A DNA stretch of 64,000 nt, taken from contig OZ286460.1 in NCBI GenBank assembly GCA_965644265.1, forward strand, positions 11,160,001 to 11,224,000, written 5' to 3'. Source of the stretch: Glycera tridactyla (Eukaryota). A model generated the notes under the pieces. That model saw only the letters and a program-made list of their open reading frames with translations. It ran no database searches and was not told the origin of the DNA. This document shows, piece by piece, positions 47,746-60,100 of this stretch. The position numbers and the translations under genes were made by a program. The stretch's first letter is position 1; each line of letters opens with the position of its first letter.

Positions 47746-48984
47746 AATGTGGTTATGGTAAATTACGCAAGAGGGCGCTTTGTGGTTGCGCACTCCTACA
47801 TCATTTTACCATAATTTGTGTCGATTATTTCTGACCCATGAGTCCCGTTTCCGTGTCATTCTGTCCAGAACACTATGACAACAGCGAATTCATTGATCCA
47901 TCGCGACGAGTCTTACCTGGAAGGTAATTAAGAATGGGCTGGCAAGTGTAATGGGTCGGTAGATCCCCAGATCTGTGAATTCAATGAAACAAATTTCTAC
48001 TTCAATTGCAAGCAGAAAGCCCTATTTTGACGCTCGAGAATCTGACAAAAATATCATCAACAGATCCATCTGCAGGTATACTTATTTCTCTCGACTGGCG
48101 AGACAGTCCGACGGCAATGAAAGCTTGCAAACCGATCCGAATATCTGTGCTTAGATGTTTTATCTCGATCGTGAAACACCTGGAAATTATCGGGACACCG
48201 GGGGCATTCTATCGGAATATATGGCGTACACAGGATCAGTAAAGTGCAAGTAGATACTCCAAGTCGGACGTACTCGAGACACCACCGAGACACCACCGTA
48301 ATTATAGCATTTCACCATAAATGACCTCTCTATTATTGCCATCTCCCTATAAAGGCCACTTTCCGATGCGACCGAAGGTTCAACTTTAGCTATTGGAATC
48401 ACGGGGTTGGAGATTGGTTTCAGTCAGATCAAAGACGATGACGTGTTTCAACATTTTGTCTTCTCTGTATCCTATTTTGGTTCTACCAATTATTGAGAGA
48501 ATTAATCTTCTCAGATGATATTTTGAGTATGAAATACTGTGTGAAAAAGACCGCGGAATAACACCATTTCCTTCACCCCCATTTCCGTCTAAATAGAGAT
48601 CTTATGAATATTATGAGACGTGATGGAAATTTCCCATGTTGAAAGCTAATTCAAGCTCCGAACTGAACGTCCATGAGGTGATCTGCCAGGCCATACTGGT
48701 TGAGATGGTTTCTCCAATATCAACTTTCCGTGAATTAATCCATCTCTGCACAAGTTGACAAATCCCTATTTCCTAACATTTCATGCATATCCCAGTTTCC
48801 CGGACATTCCTGGCGAGTCACGTTTTGACCAGTCTCCTCCTCGATGTTCATGGTGAGTGGGTAGAGGTGTATCTGAACTGTCAGCTTCTTCTACTTGACG
48901 ACCTTTCAGGTTCTCCATCATATTGTGTTCGGGGTTTGTGAGAGTGATTTCTCTCACGACCTATGTCATTTTGAGGTTGTGATA

Positions 48985-49038
48985 GGGGGGTGTGTGATCA
49001 CCGTGATCACACCCCGGTGAAAGTGATCACACACACCC
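48985..49038. repeat. Short palindromic cluster with three GTGATCAC sites
   Basis: ggggtgtgtgatcac-cgtgatcacacccc...gtgatcacacacaccc. Confidence 0.6.
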
Positions 49039-50112
49039 ACTTCGTGTGTTTCCGTGCATGAGCCGAACGTCCCCGAGCTCGTTAAGACAATCGTTGCCAT
49101 GGTGAAGTTACCCCCGTCGCGCGCTCCCTGCTAGAGCGTCTTTGGCAGACACGGCACTCGGGGCATTCTACATAACTCCCTCTTTCTCCTACGGCAACCG
49201 CCAATATCGGGTGGAGATCGGGGGTTGGAGATCGTACCGATCTCCCACGCTGATTAATGAGAGGCTCGACGCGTAGCACTCTTTCCCAGTCCAACTGAAC
49301 GCGTATCTGACGAGGAAACCAAGTTACTCGACGCGCGACGAGCCTAGTTCTCAGTGTCGCCGCTGAATGGTGCATCACTAATTCGCGCGACATACGATTT
49401 TTTCGTATGTGAAGACATTTCACACAATTATACCGTTTCTGTCGAGAATATGATGAATATGGATGAATAAATGTGATGAAAAATCAGTGAATATAATTTT
49501 CTTCCGTTATAACTCATGACATCGTCATTTGCTTGAACGACAAATATGGAAATGTCACCCATACATATTGATTTGTGAGTGTATATGACCCTGAAATAGA
49601 AACCAATTCGCCGCCGCCTGAAGCTTCGACATCGATCAAACTATTGTTGATACAACTTTTTCATGTCAAACTCAATTTTGATGCAGGAAATAGCTATGGG
49701 ATCAATGCCAAATGGCCGTTTGAGAAAAACAAGAACCAGAGCGCGTCGGGGATCGCCGCAATCTCCAACTCGGCGGCGCCGGCAGCCGTCGTCACTCGGC
49801 CTCTCCAGNNNNNNNNNNNNNNNNNNNNNNNNNNNNNNNNNNNNNNNNNNNNNNNNNNNNNNNNNNNNNNNNNNNNNNNNNNNNNNNNNNNNNNNNNNNN
49901 NNNNNNNNNNNNNNNNNNNNNNNNNNNNNNNNNNNNNNNNNNNNNNNNNNNNNNNNNNNNNNNNNNNNNNNNNNNNNNNNNNNNNNNNNNNNNNNTGCCG
50001 GTTCCCAGATTCTGTGCGTGGCAGACAGGTTTGTTTACGTTGCACCTCTCTGTCTGTCTCTCTCTTTGTCTCTCTATCCTTGAAAAACATGTCAATATAG
50101 TCATGAGAGAAA

Positions 50113-50271
50113 AGTAAGAAGTACTGGTGGGGTGAGATCGGCTTGTTTTTCACACCTCGGTGCGACGACTGCCACCGGGAATCCCTCGGCCTGCGGCCTC
50201 GGGATTCCCGGTGGCAGTCGTCGCACCTCGGTGGGAAAAACGCCGATCACACCCCACCAGTACTTCTTACT
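50113..50271. mobile_element. Foldback/palindromic element (about 70-bp arms, about 15-nt loop)
   Basis: agtaagaagtactggtgggg...gggaatccc pairs with gggattccc...ccccaccagtacttcttact. No TSD is evident. Confidence 0.75.
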
Positions 50272-50816
50272 ATAGTCTGCAGGGGAGAGAACATCCAGCT
50301 TTTATTGACCAGGAACACACGGCATACATAATCTTCCAGGTTGATACATGCCATTAAACCTCGAACAAACAAACTCCTCTTCGATGATCAGTGAATGAAT
50401 ATGGTGTTTTCTCGACGGGTCACGCTCAGTCCACCACGAGCAGCAGGTGGATTTGCAAAAGCGCTACATATCAATATATTTCTCTGTGGATTTCTCTTCG
50501 AATTCGATAAATTCCCACCTTCCATTGAGGACTGAGAACCGTCTTGAACAATGGCATTCATGCACATTACATGCAAGTATCAATATGATCAAGATGATGC
50601 TGGTGACACATGAAACAATTCCTAATTGTAATCATTCTGCCCAGGTTCAAGGTCGAGGTCGACTAGGAAGGGATGGGAGGGGGGGGGGGCACTTCAATGG
50701 AAGCATCTACGGGTAATCAGGGTCAAACCTGTCTACAGGGACCATAAGAAGTGGTTCTTGAAGTCGAGTGGCCTCTGTAGAGAGGAGGTTGCCTGCTGGA
50801 AATACAATCGCAGTCA

Positions 50817-51600
50817 CAGCGCAGAGTGTGTCTGATTCCACCGTATACAGCGCAGGGTGTGTTTGATTCCCACTGTATACAGCGCAGGGTGTGTCTGATT
50901 CCACCGTATACAGCGCAGGGTGTGTTTGATTCCCACTGTATACAGCGCAGGGTGTGTCTGATTCCACCGCATACAGCACAGGGTGTGTTTGATTCCCACT
51001 GTATATAGCGCAGGGTGTGTTTGATTCCCACTGTATATAGCACAGGATGTGTTTGATTCCACCGTATACAGTGCATGGTGTGTTTGATTCCACCGTATAC
51101 AGCGCAGGGTGTGTTTGATTCCACCGTATACAGTGCAGGGTGTGTTTTATTCCACCGTATACAGCGCAGGGTGTGTCTGATTCCACCGCATACAGCACAG
51201 GGTGTGTTTGATTCCCACTGTATATAGCACAGGGTGTGTTTGATTCCACCGTATACAGCGCAGGGTGTGTTTGATTCCACCGTATACAGCGCAGGGTGTG
51301 TTTGATTCCCACTGTATATAGCGCAGGGTGTGTCTGATTCCACCGTATACAGCGCAGGGTGTGTTTGATTCCCACTGTATATAGCGCAGAGTGTGTTTGA
51401 TTCCCACTGTATATAGCGCAGGGTGTGTTTGATTCCACCGTATACAGCGCAGGGTGTGTTTGAGTCCACCGTATACTGTGCAGGGTGTGTTTGAGTCAAC
51501 CGTATACAGTGCAGGGTGTGTTTGAGTCCACCGTATACAGTGCAGGGTGTGTTTGAATCCACCGTATACAGCGCAGGGTGTGTTTGATTCCACCGTATAC
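50817..51600. repeat. Minisatellite of mixed 31/32-bp units, about 25 copies
   Basis: cagcgcagggtgtgtttgattccaccgtata (31 bp) and ...gattcccactgtata (32 bp). Confidence 0.95.
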
Positions 51601-54600
51601 AACATTCACGTCAGATAGCCAGTTTCATATTTTCCGCGCACCTTTCCAGTCAGAATATTCCATGAAGGCGCAGGTACGTAGACAACCATTGGTCTCCAAC
51701 AACCAATTTCGACTTGCTGATGGAAATCGAGAAATGCAATTGTGGCTTCCAAAATATACAGGTTTTCGAGCGTTGATACAGGAAAGGGCTTGTTTGATTG
51801 CCGACGACTAATGCACTCACCTCACTGTCTGGGCCAATCCCTTACTCTTCACAAAGAAGTGATTATTTCACCAGTAGGCTACACAGGAACAGACTCCAAT
51901 ACCTTCCATATACCAACATTGCTGAATTCGCATCAGTGAAAAGAGTGGCTGGCTGGTTGATTGGTTCTGGTTCTACATCACGTCAGCGCCGAATGTGCTA
52001 TATTGTGACGCCCATGCAAAGGACACGGGCGTGATCATTAAAGACTCCCGCTCCGGGTTCTCATCGGGATGTGAACATTTATGAAATTCACAGTCTTACT
52101 GAAAATGCTGATCACAGTGTTACGCTGTGAATATCGCATTGATTTACTTGGTATCATTCCTGTAGATTATTCATTTTTGGACACTGTGTTTGGCAGTGGA
52201 CAAGTTCAGTTTACCAGGCCACCACTTGGCCGGGTAGAATGGTAGATGGTCTATATGATGCTGCCAGGGTTAAGTGTGTTCGTGAGATGTAATGCAGTGG
52301 CTCGCTGTCGTGTTCTTCATACATTTTCCATGAGTCTCCAATGTCATGGGCCCGCAGCGCAACTCGCACTAAAGTCTGTCCGAATGTGACGGCTGCGTTT
52401 TCAACCATACCATCGGATTGAAATGGACCTCAACGATGATTTGATGAGAACTGGCAGTTTGAGTGTGTGAAACATGCCTGTCATATTTTGATTTGACAGA
52501 CTTAATGTATACGCCACCACTTTATTGTTCTTTCAGGAGGGCACTTCATAGGCGCCGCCGCCGCAATCTTGAGTAAGTACAACCAGGCAAACCGGGCAGA
52601 TTCGAACTTTGATGCCGGTTGCGGAAATCACTATCATCGAATCGTCGTCTTCGTCGTCATCACCCTCGTCGTTGCCGTCGTCTTCATGAAAAACAACGCC
52701 ATCATGAATGATAGTGATAATGAAAATGACACAATTGTTAACAGGTACTCATCATCCTATGCGATCAGCCGACGGCAGATCAAACACTGTCACAACCATG
52801 ATAGTGGTGGTAGTGGTGGTGGTGATACCAGACAGGCTTTCATACTATCATCCAGCCGTGGTCGTGTTGGTAGTGGCTGTTTCTATATGGGCTATATTGA
52901 AACTACAACCCCACCACGCTCCACCATGTCACCCTGGAACTGGTTGATTGTACGACAATATTTGTGATGGCATCCTCAGACTTGGTGATGGTGCGTCATG
53001 TTTCCAGGTCAGTGATGCTGATTAAGAGCCTTTTAGGCTAGTAGGTCACGTGTCCATGCAAGCACTTGTCATCCATAATGGCCGTGTTGACATGCCAGAA
53101 GTGGGCCGGCAGAAAACACATACGTCACTCTTGTGAGAATATCACCATACTGTCATGATATATGACTGAAGATAGCATTCATCCTTGTCTCACACCGCGT
53201 GCGGCTCAGTGTTATATATCCGCAGTCCAAGTATTGTTCGGGAAACATCTCGGGAACTGACAAACGAAACCAGATTGATTGTAGATTATGGATGTTTAGA
53301 ATGGTATATTCATTATCAAAACGCACAGTGATATACACAAAGTTACATCGAGGTATCAGGGATATATAAACACATGTTTCACGCACAGACCTCTTGTCAT
53401 ACATTCAACATATCACAGAGAGCTTATTTCCATTTTCATTTTCAAATCAAATAGATGCTAGCGATCGGTATATAAACAGAGAGTGATATGAAACATGTAC
53501 TTCTCGGTCAAGCACCTAGGCATAGGAAAGTGACAGGTTGAAATTGCCAAGAAGAGTTTGTGTTGATTCCAGTGATCTCTATCTCCACTGTCCTTTCCAT
53601 ATTCGAATATACTACAGAGTACAAGGACAGGATGCTATCGTAGCAACAGCAGAAAAACAACATCAACAACAGCAGCAACAACAGTAATAATAGATACAAT
53701 AGCAGTATCAGCGGAGTCATCAGCACAACTACGAAAATAGTTGCGTGAAAAGTCACGCTACTCGAGAACGTGAGCGGAACTGACGGATGGATGTCAACAA
53801 TATAATTTTATTCATGATATTTCTAGGCACCAAAAAGGTAAGAAGGCAACACTGAATGCTATAGTCTTATCACATTTCATTGATGCATTTTCATGTGTTT
53901 CCTGCTTGTTTCGTGCATCTTAGATGCAGATGGACCCATTAGTCAAGTCACTGATGAGTCCATGAGAAGCAAGATGAAACTAACACTTCCAATGTACGTC
54001 TAAGATGTGAGATGATAAAACTGACGAATATTTTTATGAACGTCACTTCTAGTACATTCGCTCGCCAATGTGAAGACTATTTGATATGGGATGCCTTCCT
54101 GCCATTGTCTGATCTATATCAGGACCCACACAATGCATTACAGGACTCAGCTGGGGTCCCCAGGATTCATCATCATTCTGGTGGAAATCCAACATCGTCT
54201 TTTCAGCTCCAAATCACGATGTCCGCAAATGACTCAGAATCGGATGTGAAAGGCATCTGTGGTATTTTAGCCACACTCGCCGGTACGAAATTGCAATGTG
54301 GCTCATGAAAAATATAGAAAAATATAGAAAGATTTAGAAAAAACAGGAGATATGAACTTCAGTTGAAGTTGAAGATGAAGTACATAAACAAGCAGGTCCT
54401 GATACGCTCCCATCTGCGGACTTGTTCAACTCCTTCCCACGTATCTCAGTCATAACCCATCCCTACCCTGACCCGGATATCCATTCACACCCAGAAAGAG
54501 CGCAGTAGGGTGGTTGTGGGTTCATAATGCCGTTCATCCCCTGCAAGACAGCCAACTTGCAAGTTATTTTTCCGAGAGGGAAGAGATCTTTGTGAAGCGG

Positions 54601-55385
54601 CGGTGATGGGCCAGACAGGAGTAGGTCAGGGATCGCGGTGAAAGATCTACAAAGGTAACACAAACATTACGTTTCATATTTGCAGTTCAAGACAGACCAG
54701 NNNNNNNNNNNNNNNNNNNNNNNNNNNNNNNNNNNNNNNNNNNNNNNNNNNNNNNNNNNNNNNNNNNNNNNNNNNNNNNNNNNNNNNNNNNNNNNNNNNN
54801 NNNNNNNNNNNNNNNNNNNNNNNNNNNNNNNNNNNNNNNNNNNNNNNNNNNNNNNNNNNNNNNNNNNNNNNNNNNNNNNNNNNNNNNNNNNNNNNNNNNN
54901 NNNNNNNNNNNNNNNNNNNNNNNNNNNNNNNNNNNNNNNNNNNNNNNNNNNNNNNNNNNNNNNNNNNNNNNNNNNNNNNNNNNNNNNNNNNNNNNNNNNN
55001 NNNNNNNNNNNNNNNNNNNNNNNNNNNNNNNNNNNNNNNNNNNNNNAGATTTTGGACCATATCGTAATGTATCCATGAAATCCAGTTTCTCTCGTGGTGA
55101 TAGAATTTCCAAGCGGTCTTGCCGAAATGAGAGCGCTTGAGTTTCATCGAATTCTATCGCTGATGCTTGACAATATATGGACTCTGATATGACAGACCAG
55201 GACCGGCGATTAGCGATGCTCTGCACTTCAGGTAAGAAAATAATGCCATCAATAGACTGTCACGCTATCATTGGACTTTAACACCTGTCATACCTTTGAA
55301 AACAGAAGTTGGTATCCCACGTTGATATGATCTGCTCATTCAGGGTTCGGAGTGAAGTGAAGCGATGAAGATGGCTGCCATGATG

Positions 55386-56400
55386 ACAAGTGTGAAACAT
55401 GCGCTCAGGGAGATGATACGCACCATCAGATCACCTTCACCGCGTGTTCCAGCATCTGTATGAGGAAGAGATACAAGTGTGAAACATGCGCTCAGAGTGA
55501 TGATACGCACCATCAGATCATCTTCACCACGTGCCAGATCATCTGTATGAGGGAGAGATACTAGTGTGAAACATGTGCTCAGAGTGATGATTCGCACCAT
55601 CAGATCATCTCCACCACGTGCTCCAGCATCTGTATGAGGAAGAGATACAAGTGTGAAATATGTGCTCAGATAGATGATATGCACCATCGGATCACCTTCA
55701 CCACGTGCTCCGGCATCTGTATGAGGAAGAGATACAAGTGTGAAACATGCGCTCAGGGAGATGATATGCACCATCAGATCACCTTCACCACGTGCCCCAG
55801 CATCTGTATGAGGAAGAGATACAAGTGTGAAACATGTGCTCAGAGTTATGATACGCACCATCAGATCATCTTCACCACGTGCCAGAGCATCTGTATGAGG
55901 GAGAGATACTAGTGTGAAACATGTGCTCAGAGTGATGATTCGCACCATCAGATCATCTTCACCACGTGTTCCAGCATCTGTATGAGGAAGAGATACAAGT
56001 GTGAAACATGCGCGCAGATAGATGATATGCACCATCAGATCACCTTCACCGCGTGTTCCAGCATCTGTATGAGGAAGAGATACAAGTGTGAAACATGCGC
56101 TCAGATAGATGATATGCACCATCAGATCACCTTCACCACGTGCCCCAGCATCTGTATGAGGAAGAGATACAAGTGTGAAACATGTGCTCAGAGTGATGAT
56201 ACGCACCATCAGATCATCTTCACCACGTGCCAGAGCATCTGTATGAGGGAGAGATACTAGTGTGAAACATGTGCTCAGAGTGATGATTCGCACCATCAGA
56301 TCATCTTCACCACGTGCTCCAGCATCTGTATGAGGAAGAGATACAAGTGTGAAACATGCGCGCAGATAGATGATATGCACCATCAGATCACCTTCACCAC
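55386..56400. repeat. 87-bp minisatellite, about 12 copies, with a 4-unit (348-bp) higher-order repeat
   Basis: catctgta period 87; the tactag variant falls at 55559, 55907 and 56255. Confidence 0.95.
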
Positions 56401-57164
56401 TTAGATACCTCCCCCCCCCCCCCCCCCCCCCCATACCACTTTACGTCGACCTTGCTCTAGGGGCACTGTATAAATTCCTATATGTAATGCTGAGTCTGGT
56501 TAGACAGTCCCATGCTTTCACCTTATAAAATCATAGGACGTGAAATAACGAACCGACCATCACAAGTCTGCCTCATATTGGGGAGGGGGGGGGGGGCAAA
56601 AGTGCTTATTTTTTCATTCTTCCTCCCCGTCAGGCCTGATGTAGATGTAATGCATAGCATTCCCGTGCATTGAATTGCCAACTCTATGCGGGGTCTCACT
56701 TTTCGGGGCATAAAACTGTTTTTGTTCAGGAAGCCTTTTGCCAGCGTGTTATCTGTCCCTGGCTACATGATACCTGCCACATTCTCGAGTACCCCCTGGT
56801 GGATGCAAGCCAGGTATTATGTCTTACAACGTTCACCATTGATTTTTGGTAATGCTGCATTTTTTAAAAATGTATTCTCCAGTTGATGAGATCAATACTC
56901 AGCCCCAGCGAGCTACATACAGAAGTACATCCGGGCATCTCCTGATGAATGTCAGCTACGGGTAGCATCTCACGACAAACAGCTACTGGGTTCAAACCAC
57001 AGATGAACCTCGGGATCCATGAAGAACCTGCTGACCTTGGATTTCTTACTTTGTATTCGGTATATTTGCTGGATGTGTAATTCGTACCTTGTATTGAGCC
57101 TCATTCACAATCCTCGCCTAAAAAAAGTATATTTGCTGCAGTTGAATTCAAATTCTTGTTATAG

Positions 57165-60100
57165 ATATATCCGCTGAAGTTGGATGTCTCACCTAGCATT
57201 GGGTATATCGGCTGAGGGTGGATGTCTCACCAAGCATTGGGTATATCTGCTGAGAGTGGATGTCTCACCTAGCATTGGGTATATCAGCTGAGGGTGGATG
57301 TCTCACCAAGCATTAGATATATTGGCTGAGGGTGGATGTCTCACCTAGCATTGGGTATATCTGCTGAGAGTGGATGTCTCACCTGGCATTGGGTATATCG
57401 GCTGAGGGTGAATGTCTCACCTAGCATTAGGTATATCAGCTGAGGGTGGATGTCTCACCTAGCATTGGGTATATCAGCTGAGAGTGGATGTCTCACCTAG
57501 CATTGGGTATATCAGCTGAGGGTGGATGTCTCACCTAGCATTGGGTATATCGGCTGAGGGTGGATGTCTCACCTGGCATTGGGTATATCAGCTGAGGGTG
57601 GATGTCTCACCTAGCATTGGGTATATTGGCTGAGGGTGGATGTCTCACCTAGCATTAGGTATATCTGCTGAGGGTGGATGTCTCACCTAGCATTGGGTAT
57701 ATCAGCTGAGGGTGGATGTCTCACCTAGCATTGGGTATATCAGCTGAGGGTGGATGTCTCACCTAGCATTGGGTATATCTGCTGAGGGTGGATGTCTCAC
57801 CAAGCATTAGATATATTGGCTGAGGGTGGATGTCTCACCTAGCATTGGGTATATCAGCTGAGGGTGGATGTCTCACCTAGCATTGGGTATATCGGCTGAG
57901 GGTGGATGTCTCACCTAGCATTGGGTATATCAGCTGAGGGTGGATGTCTCACCTAGCATTGGGTATATCTGCTGAGGGTGGATGTCTCACCAAGCATTAG
58001 ATATATTGGCTGAGGGTGGATGTCTCACCAAGCATTGGGTATATCAGCTGAGGGTGGATGTCTCACCTAGCATTGGGTATATCGGCTGAGGGTGGATGTC
58101 TCACCTAGCATTGGGTATATCAGCTGAGGGTGGATGTCTCACCTAGCATTGGGTATATCTGCTGAGGGTGGATGTCTCACCAAGCATTAGATATATTGGC
58201 TGAGGGTGGATGTCTCACCTAGCATTGGGTATATCTGCTGAGAGTGGATGTCTCACCTAGCATTGGGTATATCAGCTGAGGGTGGATGTCTCACCAAGCA
58301 TTAGATATATTGGCTGAGGGTGGATGTCTCACCTAGCATTGGGTATATCTGCTGCGAGTGGATGTCTCACCTGGCATTGGGTATATCGGCTGAGGGTGAA
58401 TGTCTCACCTAGCATTAGGTATATCAGCTGAGGGTGGATGTCTCACCTAGCATTGGGTATATCAGCTGAGAGTGGATGTCTCACCTAGCATTGGGTATAT
58501 CAGCTGAGGGTGGATGTCTCACCTAGCATTGGGTATATCGGCTGAGGGTGGATGTCTCACCTGGCATTGGGTATATCAGCTGAGGGTGGATGTCTCACCT
58601 AGCATTGGGTATATCGGCTGAGGGTGGATGTCTCACCTAGCATTAGGTATATCTGCTGAGGGTGGATGTCTCACCTAGCATTGGGTATATCAGCTGAGGG
58701 TGGATGTCTCACCTAGCATTGGGTATATCAGCTGAGGGTGGATGTCTCACCTAGCATTGGGTATATCTGCTGAGGGTGGATGTCTCACCAAGCATTAGAT
58801 ATATTGGCTGAGGGTGGATGTCTCACCTAGCATTGGGTATATCAGCTGAGGGTGGATGTCTCACCTAGCATTGGGTATATCGGCTGAGGGTGGATGTCTC
58901 ACCTAGCATTGGGTATATCAGCTGAGGGTGGATGTCTCACCTAGCATTGGGTATATCTGCTGAGGGTGGATGTCTCACCAAGCATTAGATATATTGGCTG
59001 AGGGTGGATGTCTCACCAAGCATTGGGTATATCAGCTGAGGGTGGATGTCTCACCTAGCATTGGGTATATCGGCTGAGGGTGGATGTCTCACCTAGCATT
59101 GGGTATATCAGCTGAGGGTGGATGTCTCACCTAGCATTGGGTATATCTGCTGAGAGTGGATGTCTCACCCAGCATTGGGTATATTGGCTGAGGGTGGATG
59201 TCTCACCAAGCATTGGGTATATCAGCTGAGGTTGGATGTCTCACCTAGCATTGGGTATATCAGCTGAGAGTGGATGTCTCACCAAGCATTAGATATATTG
59301 GCTGAGGGTGGATGTCTCACCAAGCATTGGGTATATCAGCTGAGGGTGGATGTCTCACCTAGCATTGGGTATATCAGCTGAGGGTGGATGTCTCACCTAG
59401 CATTGGATATATTGGCTGAGGGTGGATGTCTCACCTAGCATTGGGTATATCAGCTGAGGGTGGATGTCTCACCTAGCATTGGGTATATCGGCTGAAAGTG
59501 GATGTCTCACCAAGCATTAGATATATTGGCTGAGGGTGGATGTCTCACCAAGCATTGGGTATATCAGCTGAGGGTGGATGTCTCACCAAGCATTAGATAT
59601 ATTGGCTGAGGGTGGATGTCTCATCTAGCATTGGGTATATCAGCTGAGGGTGGATGTCTCACCTAGCATTGGGTATATCAGCTGAGGGTGGATGTCTCAC
59701 CAAGGATTAGATATATTGGCTGAGGGTGGATGTCTCATCTAGCATTGGGTATATCAGCTGAGGGTGGATGTCTCACCTAGCATTGGGTATATCAGCTGAG
59801 GGTGGATGTCTCACCTAGCATTGGGTATATCAGCTGAGAGTGGATGTCTCACCAAGCATTAGATATATTGGCTGAGGGTGGATGTCTCACCTAGCATTGG
59901 GTCCATCAGCTGAGGGTGGATGTCTCACCAAGCATTAGATATATTGGCTGAGGGTGGATGTCTCACCAAGCATTGGGTATATCAGCTGAGGGTGGATGTC
60001 TCACCAAGCATTAGATATATTGGCTGAGGGTGGATGTCTCACCTAGCATTGGGTATATCTGCTGAGGGGGGATGTCTCACCTAGCATTGGGTATATCAGC

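Noticed and set aside
50707-51605. Long ORFs of 243 and 279 aa
   Set aside because: Produced by translating the 31/32-bp minisatellite.
52538-52967. Plus-strand membrane protein exon
   Set aside because: The hydrophobic stretch comes from (GTC)n low complexity, and an alternative Ser-rich frame is equally plausible.
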